In this document: positions 50,861-62,696 of the stretch, piece by piece
Numbering within the stretch: the stretch's first letter is position 1
Layout of the letters: the number at the start of each line of letters is the position of its first letter
Assembly (NCBI RefSeq): GCF_000497125.1
Contig: NC_090596.1
Coordinates: 930,001 to 994,000, forward strand
Direction of reading: 5' to 3'
Length of the DNA stretch: 64,000 nucleotides
From: Spironucleus salmonicida
Taxonomy: Eukaryota
Position numbers and translations under genes: made by a program
Notes under the pieces: model-generated
Told to the model about the DNA's origin: nothing
Databases searched by the model: none
The model's input: only the letters and a program-made list of their open reading frames with translations

Positions 50861-51160
50861 TATACTTTGATAAACTAATCCAGTGTTATTTTAATATAGT
50901 ATTTATATCTATATTTTAAAAAATAATATTTTGTAGAAACCAAACTAACAAAATCTTCCATCGTAACCCAGAATTTATATATATATAAGTCATCGAAACG
51001 AAAAATTAACCGCGAAGTTTAAGCTATTAGTATACTATTCTACCGAAAATTAAGTCAGTTTTACTATATTAGGTTTATATCTTTTTAACACAGATTTTAC
51101 GAAACGATAACCGCTCTTCCAGTTTCTATACAATAATATCGCGCCAGTACTCAATCAGAA

Positions 51161-51670
51161 ATGTAAATCCCACACCTGTCGATCATATCAGTGCCAATGG
51201 ACACAGATAGCTCATTTTTTGAATCATTCTGCGACAGCACGCGCCAGAATTCTGTGTTAGTCGACTCGCAGCCGGGTCTCGCGAGCACGAAGACCGATTC
51301 CAACTGGCAGAACCACCGCGACCAGTGCGGGCTGGAAATACACCAATGTGCTGGGCGTATTATCGACATAATTGTCCAGCTAGTCCAGAAGTACGAGGGT
51401 CAGCTGAAGCTGCATGACTGCAAATTCCGGAAGCTTAACGCGGTGCAGCAACTGTTCTACAGAATCACCAACCAGCTCCAAATTGTGCCCTGCGTTGACT
51501 TTCTGATATCTTTGATTCAGAAAACACTCAGTCCCATTTAGTTTGCAATGAAGATGGCCCGATCTCAGATTTACCCCTTTTAAGAGATACTGCTTAAGAA
51601 TGTATTCGAGGAAGCATAAACACTATTATAGAAAGCTGAAAAATATATTACGCACACTTTCTACGAGTGA
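51161..51670 (+). CDS. Hypothetical protein (169 aa)
   Basis: Extends supplied ORF 51191-51541 at both ends; ends GAG-TGA. Confidence 0.7.
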
Positions 51671-51720
51671 GCTAAACTTATATAAAACTATATATTATCA
51701 TGATTATACAAAATTAAAAG

Positions 51721-52134
51721 ATGCCTGTCGAGTCAGTGAACGCCAGGTATGCATTTCGTAGTAGGTAGATTATCCAAACTAGGTAGTTTTCATAAAATAA
51801 TTCATAAGTGACGTTGAAGCCTGTTGTCCATGTATATCCTAAGCTACATATATAAATGACCTAGAAACCGATATCTATTGATTATTTAGGTTACTTAAAT
51901 AAATTTAGGACAGATTTCACCAAATTTAATGAATTAATTAAGATAACTCCCTCAAAACCAGCTAAGAGAGTCACTATTCCAATGCCAATCGCTTAATGTA
52001 GGTAACCGATAATAGAAAATTAAAAACCAACTAAAAGAAATATTCCGCAAAAGTAAGTGAATAAATAAGCCGATAGGCCTACAGTAACTCAAAAATTACA
52101 GACTATGGATCTAGACGATATCTTATTCCTATGA
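51721..52134 (+). CDS. Hypothetical basic protein (137 aa)
   Basis: MPVESVNARYAFRSRQ...MDLDDILFL-TGA. Confidence 0.5.
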
Positions 52135-52236
52135 TTTTTGATCAAGTTTGCTGAACTTCAAAATAAGAATTTTAATAAAAAGTCACTAAGGTTTACAACC
52201 AACATCCTGTAATGCATTATTTATTATTAGCATTAT

Positions 52237-52482
52237 TCATTGACTTATTTTTTGTTGCTATTTAAATCGCATTATCCTATTGATTACAAATCGATCTCTT
52301 GGTTTGTCTTAATATATCATTTACTCAAAATCAGTTAATTGATTAGGTATAGGATGTATCTTACTTATATTATTCTATTTACGACCATTGTCTATTCTCT
52401 GTACTATTCGAAGCTTTGAGGATTTTAACCTTGGAATGCTTTCTAGTGGTTTGGGAACCTTTAAGTCATATTTATCCGGCAT
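52237..52482 (-). CDS. Possible hypothetical protein (81 aa)
   Basis: AAAAATG CCG GAT... open to TGA. Confidence 0.35.
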
Positions 52483-53015
52483 TTTTTGTATTAATATGAA
52501 AAAAGTCTGATACTTATAAATTTAACTGAATAATTAGGGTTTATTTTTACTGCTAATATGCTTCAACTTTATTAGTTATTACGTTACTAATGTTAAAAGA
52601 ATCTTAAAAATTTACAATACAAAATAAATGATATTTAAGATTGAAAATTTTAAAAAATTAACTTAAACAGGTTCGATATCAATACTATATAAGGTATATA
52701 TGGAATAGTTATTTTATAGTAAATTAAAATATAAGAATAAGGAATCATTTGTTTCTGGTTTGTAAAACCAATTTACACGTATCAGTAATTTGTAACTTTA
52801 AAGATCATTGCTTCAATAAAATAATTTTATATAACTTATGCTTGATTGCCTTCACTATACACGCTAATTTTTCAATGAATTACATAAATCATAAGCCAAA
52901 ATCGAATTGTAACCGACGTTAACTGGCAAATTGACAGTTAAAATATTGTAAATTTCTAAAAATCTGAAGGCCAAACGTCGCAAGGTAAATATTTAAAAGT
53001 GACTCAAACTTACGA

Positions 53016-53168
53016 TCACATACATTTATAAACTTGGGGATTAATAACCCTCTTTTTGTACAAAACTTAATGGCTCGAATCATGTTAGCACTGAACAGCA
53101 GTGTCCACTTAAAGGTATGTGTCTCTGCCGCAAATGGAGCAAATATATGCAACAGTATCTCTGTTCAT
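53016..53168 (-). CDS. RPB12: RNA polymerase I/II/III shared subunit RPB12 (RPABC4), 50 aa
   Basis: MNRDTVAYICSICGRDTYLQVDTAVQCQHDSSHQVLYKKRVINPQVYKCM: YxCxxCG ... C ... LYKKR signature. Confidence 0.85.
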
Positions 53169-53681
53169 TTTAGCTGAAGTGAAAAATCAATAAATGTAAT
53201 ATTATATTATAATAATTATATTTACCTATTTATATGTCTACTTTGAATAAAGTAGAATGAAACAATAAAATGAAATTTTGAAAACACTAACGCGGTCTAA
53301 CTCTTCCAACTAGCCTCGAAAACTAATTAAACTACCAAAAAATTTAATCAGGAAACAAAATACATTTCTATATTACAGCAGATACCAGCCATAATCAAAA
53401 CTCAATTTAAATTCGATCAATCAGCCTTAAAATAGTATTCTGTAAGATATTAATCTTCTTCCCCCCAGCTTATTCACTCCCTACTATCAAGAAAACTAAG
53501 TCTTCCTATGATCTTTATATCTCAGCTGAGCTCACATTGCACGATATTTAATTCAATACCGCTATAGCTAAAATTGCTAATAATTGACTTAAAAACGCTT
53601 AAAAACACTAACTTACAAAAATACTAAATATTATTTTTATCACATAATATTCACTTATACGCAACATGTAAAAACCGATAT

Positions 53682-53720
53682 ATTGCCCCAAATTACCCCA
53701 AATTGCCCCAAATTAACCCC
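53682..53720. repeat. Short tandem repeat, ~4 x (A)ATTRCCCCA(A)
   Basis: attgcccca aattacccca aattgcccca aattaacccc. Confidence 0.8.
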
Positions 53721-53795
53721 TGTAAGTTATTGGCGATTTTGACGAAAACGCCCACCTGAATCGCACCCTTTACCGCTACCAAAAAACGCATTCAC

Positions 53796-53958
53796 ATTTA
53801 AAATTTAAAAAATTTAAAATAAAAAATAAAATAAAAATTTAAAAAATAAAATAAAAATAAAAATTTAAAATAAAAAATAAAAATTTAAAATTTAAAATTT
53901 AAAATAAAAAATTTAAAAAATTTAAAATAAAAAATAAAAATAAATTTAAAATAAAAAA
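53796..53958. repeat. Pure A/T low-complexity tract built from AAAAT / AAAATTT units
   Basis: About 160 bp with no C or G, just upstream of the + strand Myb gene. Confidence 0.85.
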
Positions 53959-54034
53959 ACCCAAAAACTTAAAATCCATTAAACGCAAATCGCCCTAGAA
54001 TACCGCGAAACCCAAATCACAAATCACGCCCAAA

Positions 54035-54394
54035 ATGCGCCGGGCGAGGTGGAGCCAATTTGAGGTGCAGCGGCTGCAGGAACTCGTGCAGCAGCAGGCG
54101 CAGCTCAGCCCGTTCAACATCGACTGGCTGACGGTCGCCAGGGCGATAGCGTCGAAGTCGCCCGCGCAGTGCCGCGTCCGGTACCACAACAAGACGAAAT
54201 TCGAGAAAGACGCGCCGGGCGGTGCGCGGTGCGAGTGGAAGCAGGGGGACGGCCTAATCGTCATTTAGATGGCGTAAGAAACCGCCAAAAACTGGCAGCT
54301 GATCGCGCGAACACTCAACCGCACCGCCAGCCAGGTCAAAAACCACTACTACTTCATGATGCGGGGGGTGAACAAAATGGTGCGTTCGGAGTGA
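54035..54394 (+). CDS. Two-repeat Myb DNA-binding protein (119 aa)
   Basis: WSQFE...DWLTVA...KSPAQCRVRY and W...KNWQLIARTLNRTASQVKNHYY; ends GAG-TGA. Confidence 0.92.
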
Positions 54395-54438
54395 GCTGTT
54401 GGGGCGCTAAAAAATTAGTAGAACCGTTCACTCACCAG

Positions 54439-54807
54439 TCAGATGTAGTCGAAAATTAGCAGCTTGGGGGCCTCGTTTTTGGATATGAAAAAGCCCTTTC
54501 GCTGCAGCACGTAGAACCTGTTTTTGACGACCGAAACTGTTATGCGCAGCTGCTGGCTGACCGCGCGCCAGTTTCTCTCAGTTTCTTCGGCCATGCACAT
54601 GAGCTTTTCGTCCAGCTTCTGCGTCCAAATGTTCCGCTGGTGCATTGGCGATGGGCCGAACTTTTCGATGTTGTGGAAGCGGTTCGCGCACTGCTAGGCC
54701 GTTTTGGTCTTTATTTGCTCTGCTATCCATTTCCAGTCCATTGGCTGCTAGGATGTCAGAGAGCGTAGTTCTTCGATCTCTACAGCCGACCATGTTCTAA
54801 TGTTCAT
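54439..54807 (-). CDS. Two-repeat Myb DNA-binding protein (122 aa)
   Basis: WSAVE...DWKWIA...KTAQQCANRF and WTQKLDEKL...RNWRAVS...VKNRFY. Confidence 0.92.
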
Positions 54808-55078
54808 TGTTTTTTTGGTGTCAAAATTATTATTTAATTATATATAATAAGTAATATACAAGTAATTTTTGTTAGAAAATCAGTTTATATGTTTTTTGTC
54901 GATAATAATCAAATTACATTTAGATGAAGAAAATATTATAAATAGATATTGGATTCTAAGAAAAACCAATAATTAGGTTTTTATACGAATTATTATCAGT
55001 AATATTTTAGTATTATATTTATCAAAAAATTCCAACCAATTTATTATATTTAAAATTATATTCATGAACAATACAAAA

Positions 55079-55348
55079 ATGGGAATTGCCGTCTCCAAAA
55101 CTATCTAAAATGCAGATAATTACCTAGTGACTGCTGATAACATCTAAAGATAATTGGGAAATCCTATTAGAGTAAATTAAGGAAATCCACTGCCGCCAAT
55201 ACAAAAAAGACCTTTATCAGATATTCCATTTAAGCCGAAAGACCCAACTCTTGGATTGGATTTATATTATTCATATAGTAAATCACAACGGTTATACCGT
55301 ACCAGTGCCTCCAATTTATCATCAATAATTGAGGGGTTTAAGGAATGA
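55079..55348 (+). CDS. Small MG-family protein (89 aa)
   Basis: MGIAVSKTIQNADNYLV...SASNLSSIIEGFKE; an in-frame upstream ATG exists at 55064. Confidence 0.6.
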
Positions 55349-55475
55349 TAGAATGAGGTCGAGGTTAATGAGCAGAGTTTTACTTAAATATTAAAATAAT
55401 ATAAAATATAAGATGTGTAGAAACTTGCAACTGATAGTAAAGTAAGAATAATGCTTAATATAACTAAATAATACA

Positions 55476-55718
55476 TCATTCAATATGCTCGTGTCGTTTT
55501 TACTGCTTAATTTCTTAACTTTCACGAAGTTATGATAGCATTCTAATCATATTATCTTACTCATAGATTGTTAGTTATCTAATAATGTCTTTTTCATGAC
55601 CCTGTCCATCAATAGTATATGTAAATACAAGATTTTCATCCAATGATATTGACTAAAGTAGATGAGAATTTCTTGTTCTATTTTTCGTAGATTTAAAAGA
55701 CTTAGAATTATTTTTCAT
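55476..55718 (-). CDS. Hypothetical protein (80 aa)
   Basis: MKNNSKSFKST...KRHEHIE-TGA. Confidence 0.4.
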
Positions 55719-56205
55719 TTTTAATTAAGAAGTAAATATGCAATGAATATAAAAGGATAAAGCAGATGTTTGAAATATCAAGTTTCATTAGTTTCTATAG
55801 AAAAAATGATTTAAAATAAAATTAAGAGATATTAATTTATTTTAATATATTATTTATAACTACTTCTTTCAGAATTTGTCTTTACGTAGTTCCTTTAGAT
55901 CATAACGACATTAAATACGAATGCAGCATTAAATTATAGTTAATCATACAATTTTATAGTTTATATAAGATAATAGCTCGTAAATTTATACAAGTATTAT
56001 CTTAATTAATGAGAATAGTCAAAATATAGCAACCCTATTACTAAAATTTAGATGTTTTAATCTATTTATAATTTAAAAGTAAACTTTTAAACTAATATAG
56101 TGTTAATACTTAATTTTCAATCATTTAACAACGTTTTTCGAGCTATTTTCAGGATTTTTGTTGACACCAAACATTAGTATATGCTATATTTATATAATAA
56201 ATCCA

Positions 56206-56505
56206 TCATTGTGTGAGTTCTTTATCTGAATCATAACTTTAACACATAAAACTGTTTATCATATAATTACACATTAATTTTTCTTGTTTGTGCAAATTAG
56301 TGTAAGATATGGATACTATTTTACTAATACTGTTTCTTTAAAGCAATTTCATGGATGTAAATTATTTTCTTGAATTAGGTAAGTACTTTGGCTGTTTTAT
56401 TTGCTAAATTTACTTATGTGATAGATTATTTATACATGATTGCATTTTATCCTGCTATAATAAAAAACTATCAGCTTAATCTAAAAATTAGTTTCCGGTT
56501 CCCAT
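56206..56505 (-). CDS. Small MG-family protein (99 aa)
   Basis: MGTGNQFLDQADSFLLQQD...FTSMKLLQRNSISKI...YDSDKELTQ. Confidence 0.65.
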
Positions 56506-57277
56506 CCTTTAAAAAAATGAATTTAAATGTTATACTGATACTAATCTCATCATATTCTCTATTTTAAAATTTTCCTTTTTACTAGGTTGTTTTAATAATA
56601 AAAGCAAGTTATTATAATTTTTGTATACATTCAGCATAAAGTAAATAAATTATTGAAATTCCAAAAGCAAACTATTTTTTTAATAACTGTGCTACTTTTA
56701 TCTATTAATATAAGTTAAAATATAAGAGTTATATTGAAAACCTGTAAAAATAAAATGCTTAATATTCGTTACCATTTAATTAAATTCATATATAATAAAA
56801 TTTCTAAGCTATATTAAAAAGCTTGTTCCTCTATATTTTAGGTTTTATAATAGTCTATTATATAAAAATATAATTGTTGAATAAGAAGCAGAGAGATGAG
56901 TATTTACATATATTTAGCTATGTTGCAGAAAATTAACTTTATTCATAACAAACTAATTAATACTTCCGAAAAATATTATTTGATAAGTGCTGTACTTTAT
57001 CGCTATTAATTCATAACACTCCATATCATCATCTATAATATTATTCTACTTTACTTAAAATTAATGTTTGTCACTTATATCAATGTATTAAATACTAACA
57101 GTATCCTTATGATTTAAAGTCGTTTTGTATATCTCGAATATCATCTCAGTATTACCACGCCAATACTTGTTTTCATAATCCTTCCATAGCAATCATTAAT
57201 ATGGATCGTTAACATAATTTGTATATTTTTTTAGAATTCACCATAAACTCAAGTATTATATTCTAAAATTACATTTT

Positions 57278-57574
57278 TCATTCTTAAACTAGTTCTGGAT
57301 CTGATTCGACCTAAGAGTGAAGAAAATGTATAGAATAGGTGTTACACTTTTCCAGCATTGTTTGATTAGTCTCTTCATCAAAATTATAGGTGAAAATGTT
57401 ATTTAAACTATGTTTTCCTAGGAGTTAACTGGCTGTCATATACTTCTTTTGAATGCCCAACTATTGCTAAACCGGTTTGTTTTCTCGGGCAGGCTGCTAA
57501 TAAGGCGCCTACTGATAATTATCTTCTAACAGCAACATATCAGCCAGCGCAAGTTATTGAGCGCACGATCCCAT
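57278..57574 (-). CDS. Small MG-family protein (98 aa)
   Basis: MGSCAQQLALADMLLLED...YMTASQLLGKHSLNNI...VESDPELVQE. Confidence 0.65.
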
Positions 57575-57723
57575 TTCAATTTTTCGAGTACTGAAATATC
57601 AGAATTACTCAAAATTGGAAGTGCAATTTCTTACTTTTTTGAATGTATATAATTGGAATATATAAATCTTTCTCCAAGCATTCCTTTCCAATAAATATAT
57701 CTTATTAGTAAATTATCACAATT

Positions 57724-58005
57724 TCAATCTTTCTCGATCTAATGTTTTAGCACTTTAAACAGGTTACTCTAGCTATAATCCATGATATGCTACTTGACGA
57801 ATACGTTCTACTACTAATTCAGTTCCATTCTGATCTTTCCCTCGAAATACTAAGCTTGAGGCGACGCTGACTTGCCACTAAGAGTAACCGGCGTGCTCGC
57901 CGCCTTAGCTGCGACTGGCTTTTTGGGCGCAGACCTAGCCTTGTCAGTGTCAAAATGTACTAGGTACACGTCTGCATCTGCCACAATCGAGTGCATTTTG
58001 CCCAT
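57724..58005 (-). CDS. Small MG-family protein (93 aa)
   Basis: MGKMHSIVADADVYLVHFD...YSQSNLFKVLKHQIEKD. Confidence 0.65.
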
Positions 58006-58351
58006 TTAATAAAATTTTTACCCCCTAGAATATGGTTTTAATACATAATAGATGCTTTACTGCGAACTGCTCCACTTTCCTTCCGCGAGACCAAATTTGG
58101 CCCAATTTCATGGAATTTCCCCGCTATCATCAGCGTAATGTTCGCAGTATTCCATCATCTTTCAAGCCCCATCACCCCATTTTCTACCAATTTGCAAGCC
58201 TTACAACCCTTGCACGCCACATATAAATGCCCCTTTGAATTTAAATTATCCTTTCCTTACCACTTATTCTAATTATTATATCTTAATATTATTTTTTCTT
58301 CCAAAAAAATTTTATTTTTATTATACACTTATATATACAAATTTCACCACT

Positions 58352-61165
58352 TCACTGCCCCCAAACGCTCTGAATCAGCTCCCCAACTACCCTCGCGACC
58401 TCGCCGCCGAGCCTGTCGCCCAGCCTCTCCAAATCGCTCCGCTGCGCCCCGCCCAAAATCCGCAAAACCCCCAATACCCGCAACGCCGTTTTAGGCGCAA
58501 TTTCGAGCTTCAAAAGGCCAATCGTTATATCAGTTGCCTCATTTTCCACTCCCTAAAACGCTCCATTTTGCGCCAAATCGCGCAGAATCGCAAGCCCGAA
58601 GTTCACGAGCGGCTGCGTCTTAGCGGAAAGGGCGTCAAAACGGAGCAATTTGACAGAAAAATCGCAGAAAAAACTCTAATTTTCATTGAGGGAGTGGAAA
58701 GTCAAATTCTCAAGATTTTCAAAGGAGCGGAAATACGAATTCTGAAGCGATTTGACGATTTGGGGCGATGTTTCTGGCGTGAAATCACGCAATTCCCCTT
58801 CCAATTATTTAGGGAGTCTCTCAGCCAGGTACTCAATGAGCTGAAAAACGGAATTTGCGATTTCTGGGCCCTAGAAGCAAAGCTCCCCAAAACGCGCCAA
58901 ATGGCCGCAGGCGAAAGCCGTCATTTCGATGTCGTAGTGCTTGCAGTCGCAGGCCGAAACGTCCAAATCTGACGTTATTTTTTCGAGCGTTTTTTTGGTA
59001 AATTCGAAATGGAGCGTTTTTGCTTATATCAGTTGAGAATTTGCTTATATCAGTTCATTCCCTCCTTATAGCAGTTAGCAACTGCTATAACGCTCCACTT
59101 AACTGCTACAAACGCCCAACAATTCGACCATTAAACCGAGCCGATCAACTGATATAACGCAATTTGCGGAGTGGATTTCCTCGCAAATCGCAGCCAGCTG
59201 GTCGAAGTGAACCACAAACTCCAGCGGAGCGGTGCGCACCATTTCGGTCACCATCGCGATAACGATCAGCTGCATGTCCACGAGCGCGCTGTCGACGCAC
59301 AAATCGCCCTCGCCGGACACGTCTTTGCGGAACCGAATCGCGGATTTTAAAGCAATTTCAGCGAAAATTCGCACATTTTCGGAAATCAAAATTTCAAGCT
59401 ACTCGGACTTGAACCCTTTCATGATCGACTTTGAACTTTATTACAACAGTTCTACCAATTCGAATTAATAAGCATATGTGAAGATACGCTGGAAAGCGCT
59501 CAAAATCTGATTTTCGATATGCGTGAATTGCGCCGGGAAGTACTGAATCGCGAACCCCAGGCACTCCGTGACGCGCTGCACGAGGTCCAGCTGCGATTTC
59601 GACATCTGCTGATTCTGCGAAATTTGACCGAAAATTTCGTCGAAAAGCGCCAGAATTTGGGGCACAATTTCGGCCAAAAGAGCCCCAATTTCGGCCTCGG
59701 ACTGCACCTCAATCAGCGCGCACAGCAGCGACAGCGCGTTCGATTTCGCGTAGAAATCGTTTTCTGGCCAATTCGCGCGCACGACGCGCGCCAGCGCCGG
59801 CGCGTACGCCAGCAGCTCCTACGGCGCCATTTCGATCGTCACGTTCAGAATCGCAGCCACGAAATGCGAGCGCACGTGCAGAATTCGATTTTCAGAGTTT
59901 GCGAAAAGTGATATAAGGAGCTGATCGGAAAAAGTCGAAATTTGACCCCCAAAATCGTTCGCCAGCTGCCCGCAGACGTTCGCGACGGCGTACAGCACGC
60001 GAGGATGCTCAGAAGCGCCGGAAATGCAACATACTTGATCGACGTAAAATTTCAAATCTGACGCTGAAATGACGTCCACGAAGCCCTCAGCGGCGTAGTT
60101 CAGGCTCATCAGGCAGCCCAGGTCGTCAGATGGCGTTTTTCGCGCCAAAAATGACGTTTTCAGGGCCGAATTTACGACCTAATTCGCGTACTTGAAACTG
60201 CAAAATTCTACAGTTTTTTGGGCCGCGCCGATCAAATCGTCAGCCTGAAACTCCAAATTTCCGACTTCCAGCCACTCCGCAATTTGGTGCTCCTCGTACG
60301 CGCCGGCCGCTGGAATCACAATTCCGAGGAGGAAGGCGGTCAAGATTTCGTAAAATTGTGGCGGCAAATGAATTTGGACGATTTTTGAGCCTAAACGGAG
60401 CATTCTGAGCTTAATTTCGCGATTTGAGGCGCTAAAAACGCTGTTTATGAGGTCGAAAAGTTGCGGGTAAACGGCGTCCAAAACGTCTTTTCGGCACTCG
60501 AAAATTCTACATAAATTTTTTATCATTTGATCTATATATAAATAAGAATTGTGAATTTTTGAAATTTCTACGGCAAATCGTTATATCAGTTCGAAAATGA
60601 CATTTTAAGCGATTTCGAAGTCCATAAAGCACGCATTTGCGACGCAGAGCATTCCGTTTGAGGCGGTTTCGGCGTCTTCGCTGAGCGCGAAAGCGAACGA
60701 AATTTCGAGGAAATTGATGTTCAATTTGCTCGTTAGAGAGGTCGGAATCTGCAGGATTTGCGCTGTCAATTTCGCTGCAATTGCAGGATTTTGGGCGATT
60801 AGCGCTTCGAAAAATGGGGCGAATTCTGGAAAAGGAAGGGACTTTTATAATATGAATTATATATGATTAGTAATAATTTCTAGCAAATGTTAATTTACGA
60901 GGAGGAGTGGCAGAAGTTCCACGATGAGGAGGTGGGGGTTCTAGGTCTTGTAGAGCGAGGCGCTCGTGCCGTTTTTCTCGACGTCGCGTCTGAGCAGGAT
61001 CGCCGCGAACTGTGAAAGCTCGGTGTTGGCTTTGATGACCTCAATGAGGAATGTCGCAAAGTCCACCGGATTCGCATTCCTGAAGTTGAAATACTGCTGC
61101 TCCAGGTCCTGCTGGGGCCGTGTTTGCAGCTCCTAGATCAAATTACAGAAGTTCTAGAAATCCAT
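58352..61165 (-). CDS. Importin beta-3 / importin-5 (Kap121/Pse1)-like karyopherin (937 aa)
   Basis: QFAAILLRR at the N-terminus and EHPRVLYAVANVCGQLANDFG. Five supplied fragments share this frame; ends CAG-TGA. Confidence 0.85.
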
Positions 61166-62255
61166 TTTGGGGAAAGGTAAGAAAAACGTAAGTATTAATA
61201 TTATATAAGAATTTATGCATTTGTGAAAGAAGGGTTTAAATGGTTTCGCAATGGTGATTGTGGTTTATGGAAGTAGGAGTAGGCAAAATTGTAAGGAGAA
61301 TATATGTTTGTTTTGTAAGTATTTTTGACTGGGGTTGGGTAGGTTGTGGTAAATAGATGAGAGTGGTATTAAGTAAATTTTCTTTGGAGTTTGTAGCAAT
61401 AAGTTTGTGCAAAATCGGATTAAATGAATATAGAATTTTAATATTTAATTTAGTTGTTTAAGAAAAGGCAGTCAGGTGCCTTTGTAATACTATAAATTTA
61501 AGTATTTTAAAAGATAAGTGAGGAACCGAGGAGTAAATGTTATAGTGTTTTAAAAAATATCCTAGTACATAATTCAAGTTTCTTTGATTTATTAAAATTA
61601 ATAATTGACCAAGTAAGGGTAAATAGCTTCTATTGAAATTAGTTTGTTGAAAAACTATAGGTTGCTAAATTTTACAAGATATATAGATAAGGAGAAAAAG
61701 TTTTTGTTTATAGTGTCTTGCATAAGGTATAAAACACCTTTAGTTAATCTATAAAGTGAGTTGATGAATCACATATAATACTAGGATTTGTTTAGTAATT
61801 TAGAAGAGCTATTGCTTAAAAGATTAATATTTTGTTGGTTGATAAAAATATTGAATTGTAAACACTACTTAAACATCATTTTTCGATTTTATACTGTGAT
61901 AAAATGCACGATAATACCATAAATAAACTGAATTGCGAGAATTAGATTTATTTACATGTTAATATTAAACAATATACATAATTAGTTTTATTTTTAATAA
62001 ACTTATTTGATCACTAAAAGTATTAGCCATAATTAAGCTTAATATTAATTCATATCCATTTTAGATCAGTTTTACTTTTGATTACTTTTAATTTCAATCA
62101 TTATTAAATAGTTTCATTTATACATAATAATAACTTCTAGCCGTTTTTACAAGATTGTAGATGAAGATACTTTCTAATGTATCATAACTATTATATTTTG
62201 ATTATTAAGTTATTGTATAAATATAATGTATATAATCAGTTTAAGCAAGTATAGG

Positions 62256-62498
62256 TCAATCTGCATTAAGTTCAGGTAAGCGCTAGTTTACTAGGCTAAA
62301 AAGGCATGATGAATCATACAATAACTTTGAATCTGATTTTGGACTAGTTACGTCGAAACATTTACCACATAACTTCTCGATTGGGAATGTATTGTTTAAC
62401 TAATAAGGTATCTTTGCTTATTTAAAGTTTTCCTTGAAGTCATGAGACAAAAGATACTAGTTTGCGACACGTATTTGGCTAGATCCATAAATTCCCAT
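62256..62498 (-). CDS. Small MG-family protein (80 aa)
   Basis: MGIYGSSQIRVANQYLLSHD...SSCLFSLVNQRLPELNAD; aligns at both ends with 28336-28635. Confidence 0.7.
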
Positions 62499-62696
62499 TA
62501 ATAAAAATATCATAGTATAACAAAATTAATGTTGTTATTATGATTAGTCGATTTTTCTTTAAATTTAAGAAAAAGAATGTATATATTTAAGATAAAGTAT
62601 CGCATAGAATGTATTTAAAACTTATTAACCCTAAATTTGTTATATACTAGTTATTATATATTTATATTATATTTTAATAATACTATTTGTCTGAAA

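Noticed and set aside
58235-58972. 245-aa + strand ORF
   Set aside because: Antisense to the importin 3' end and starts at TTG.
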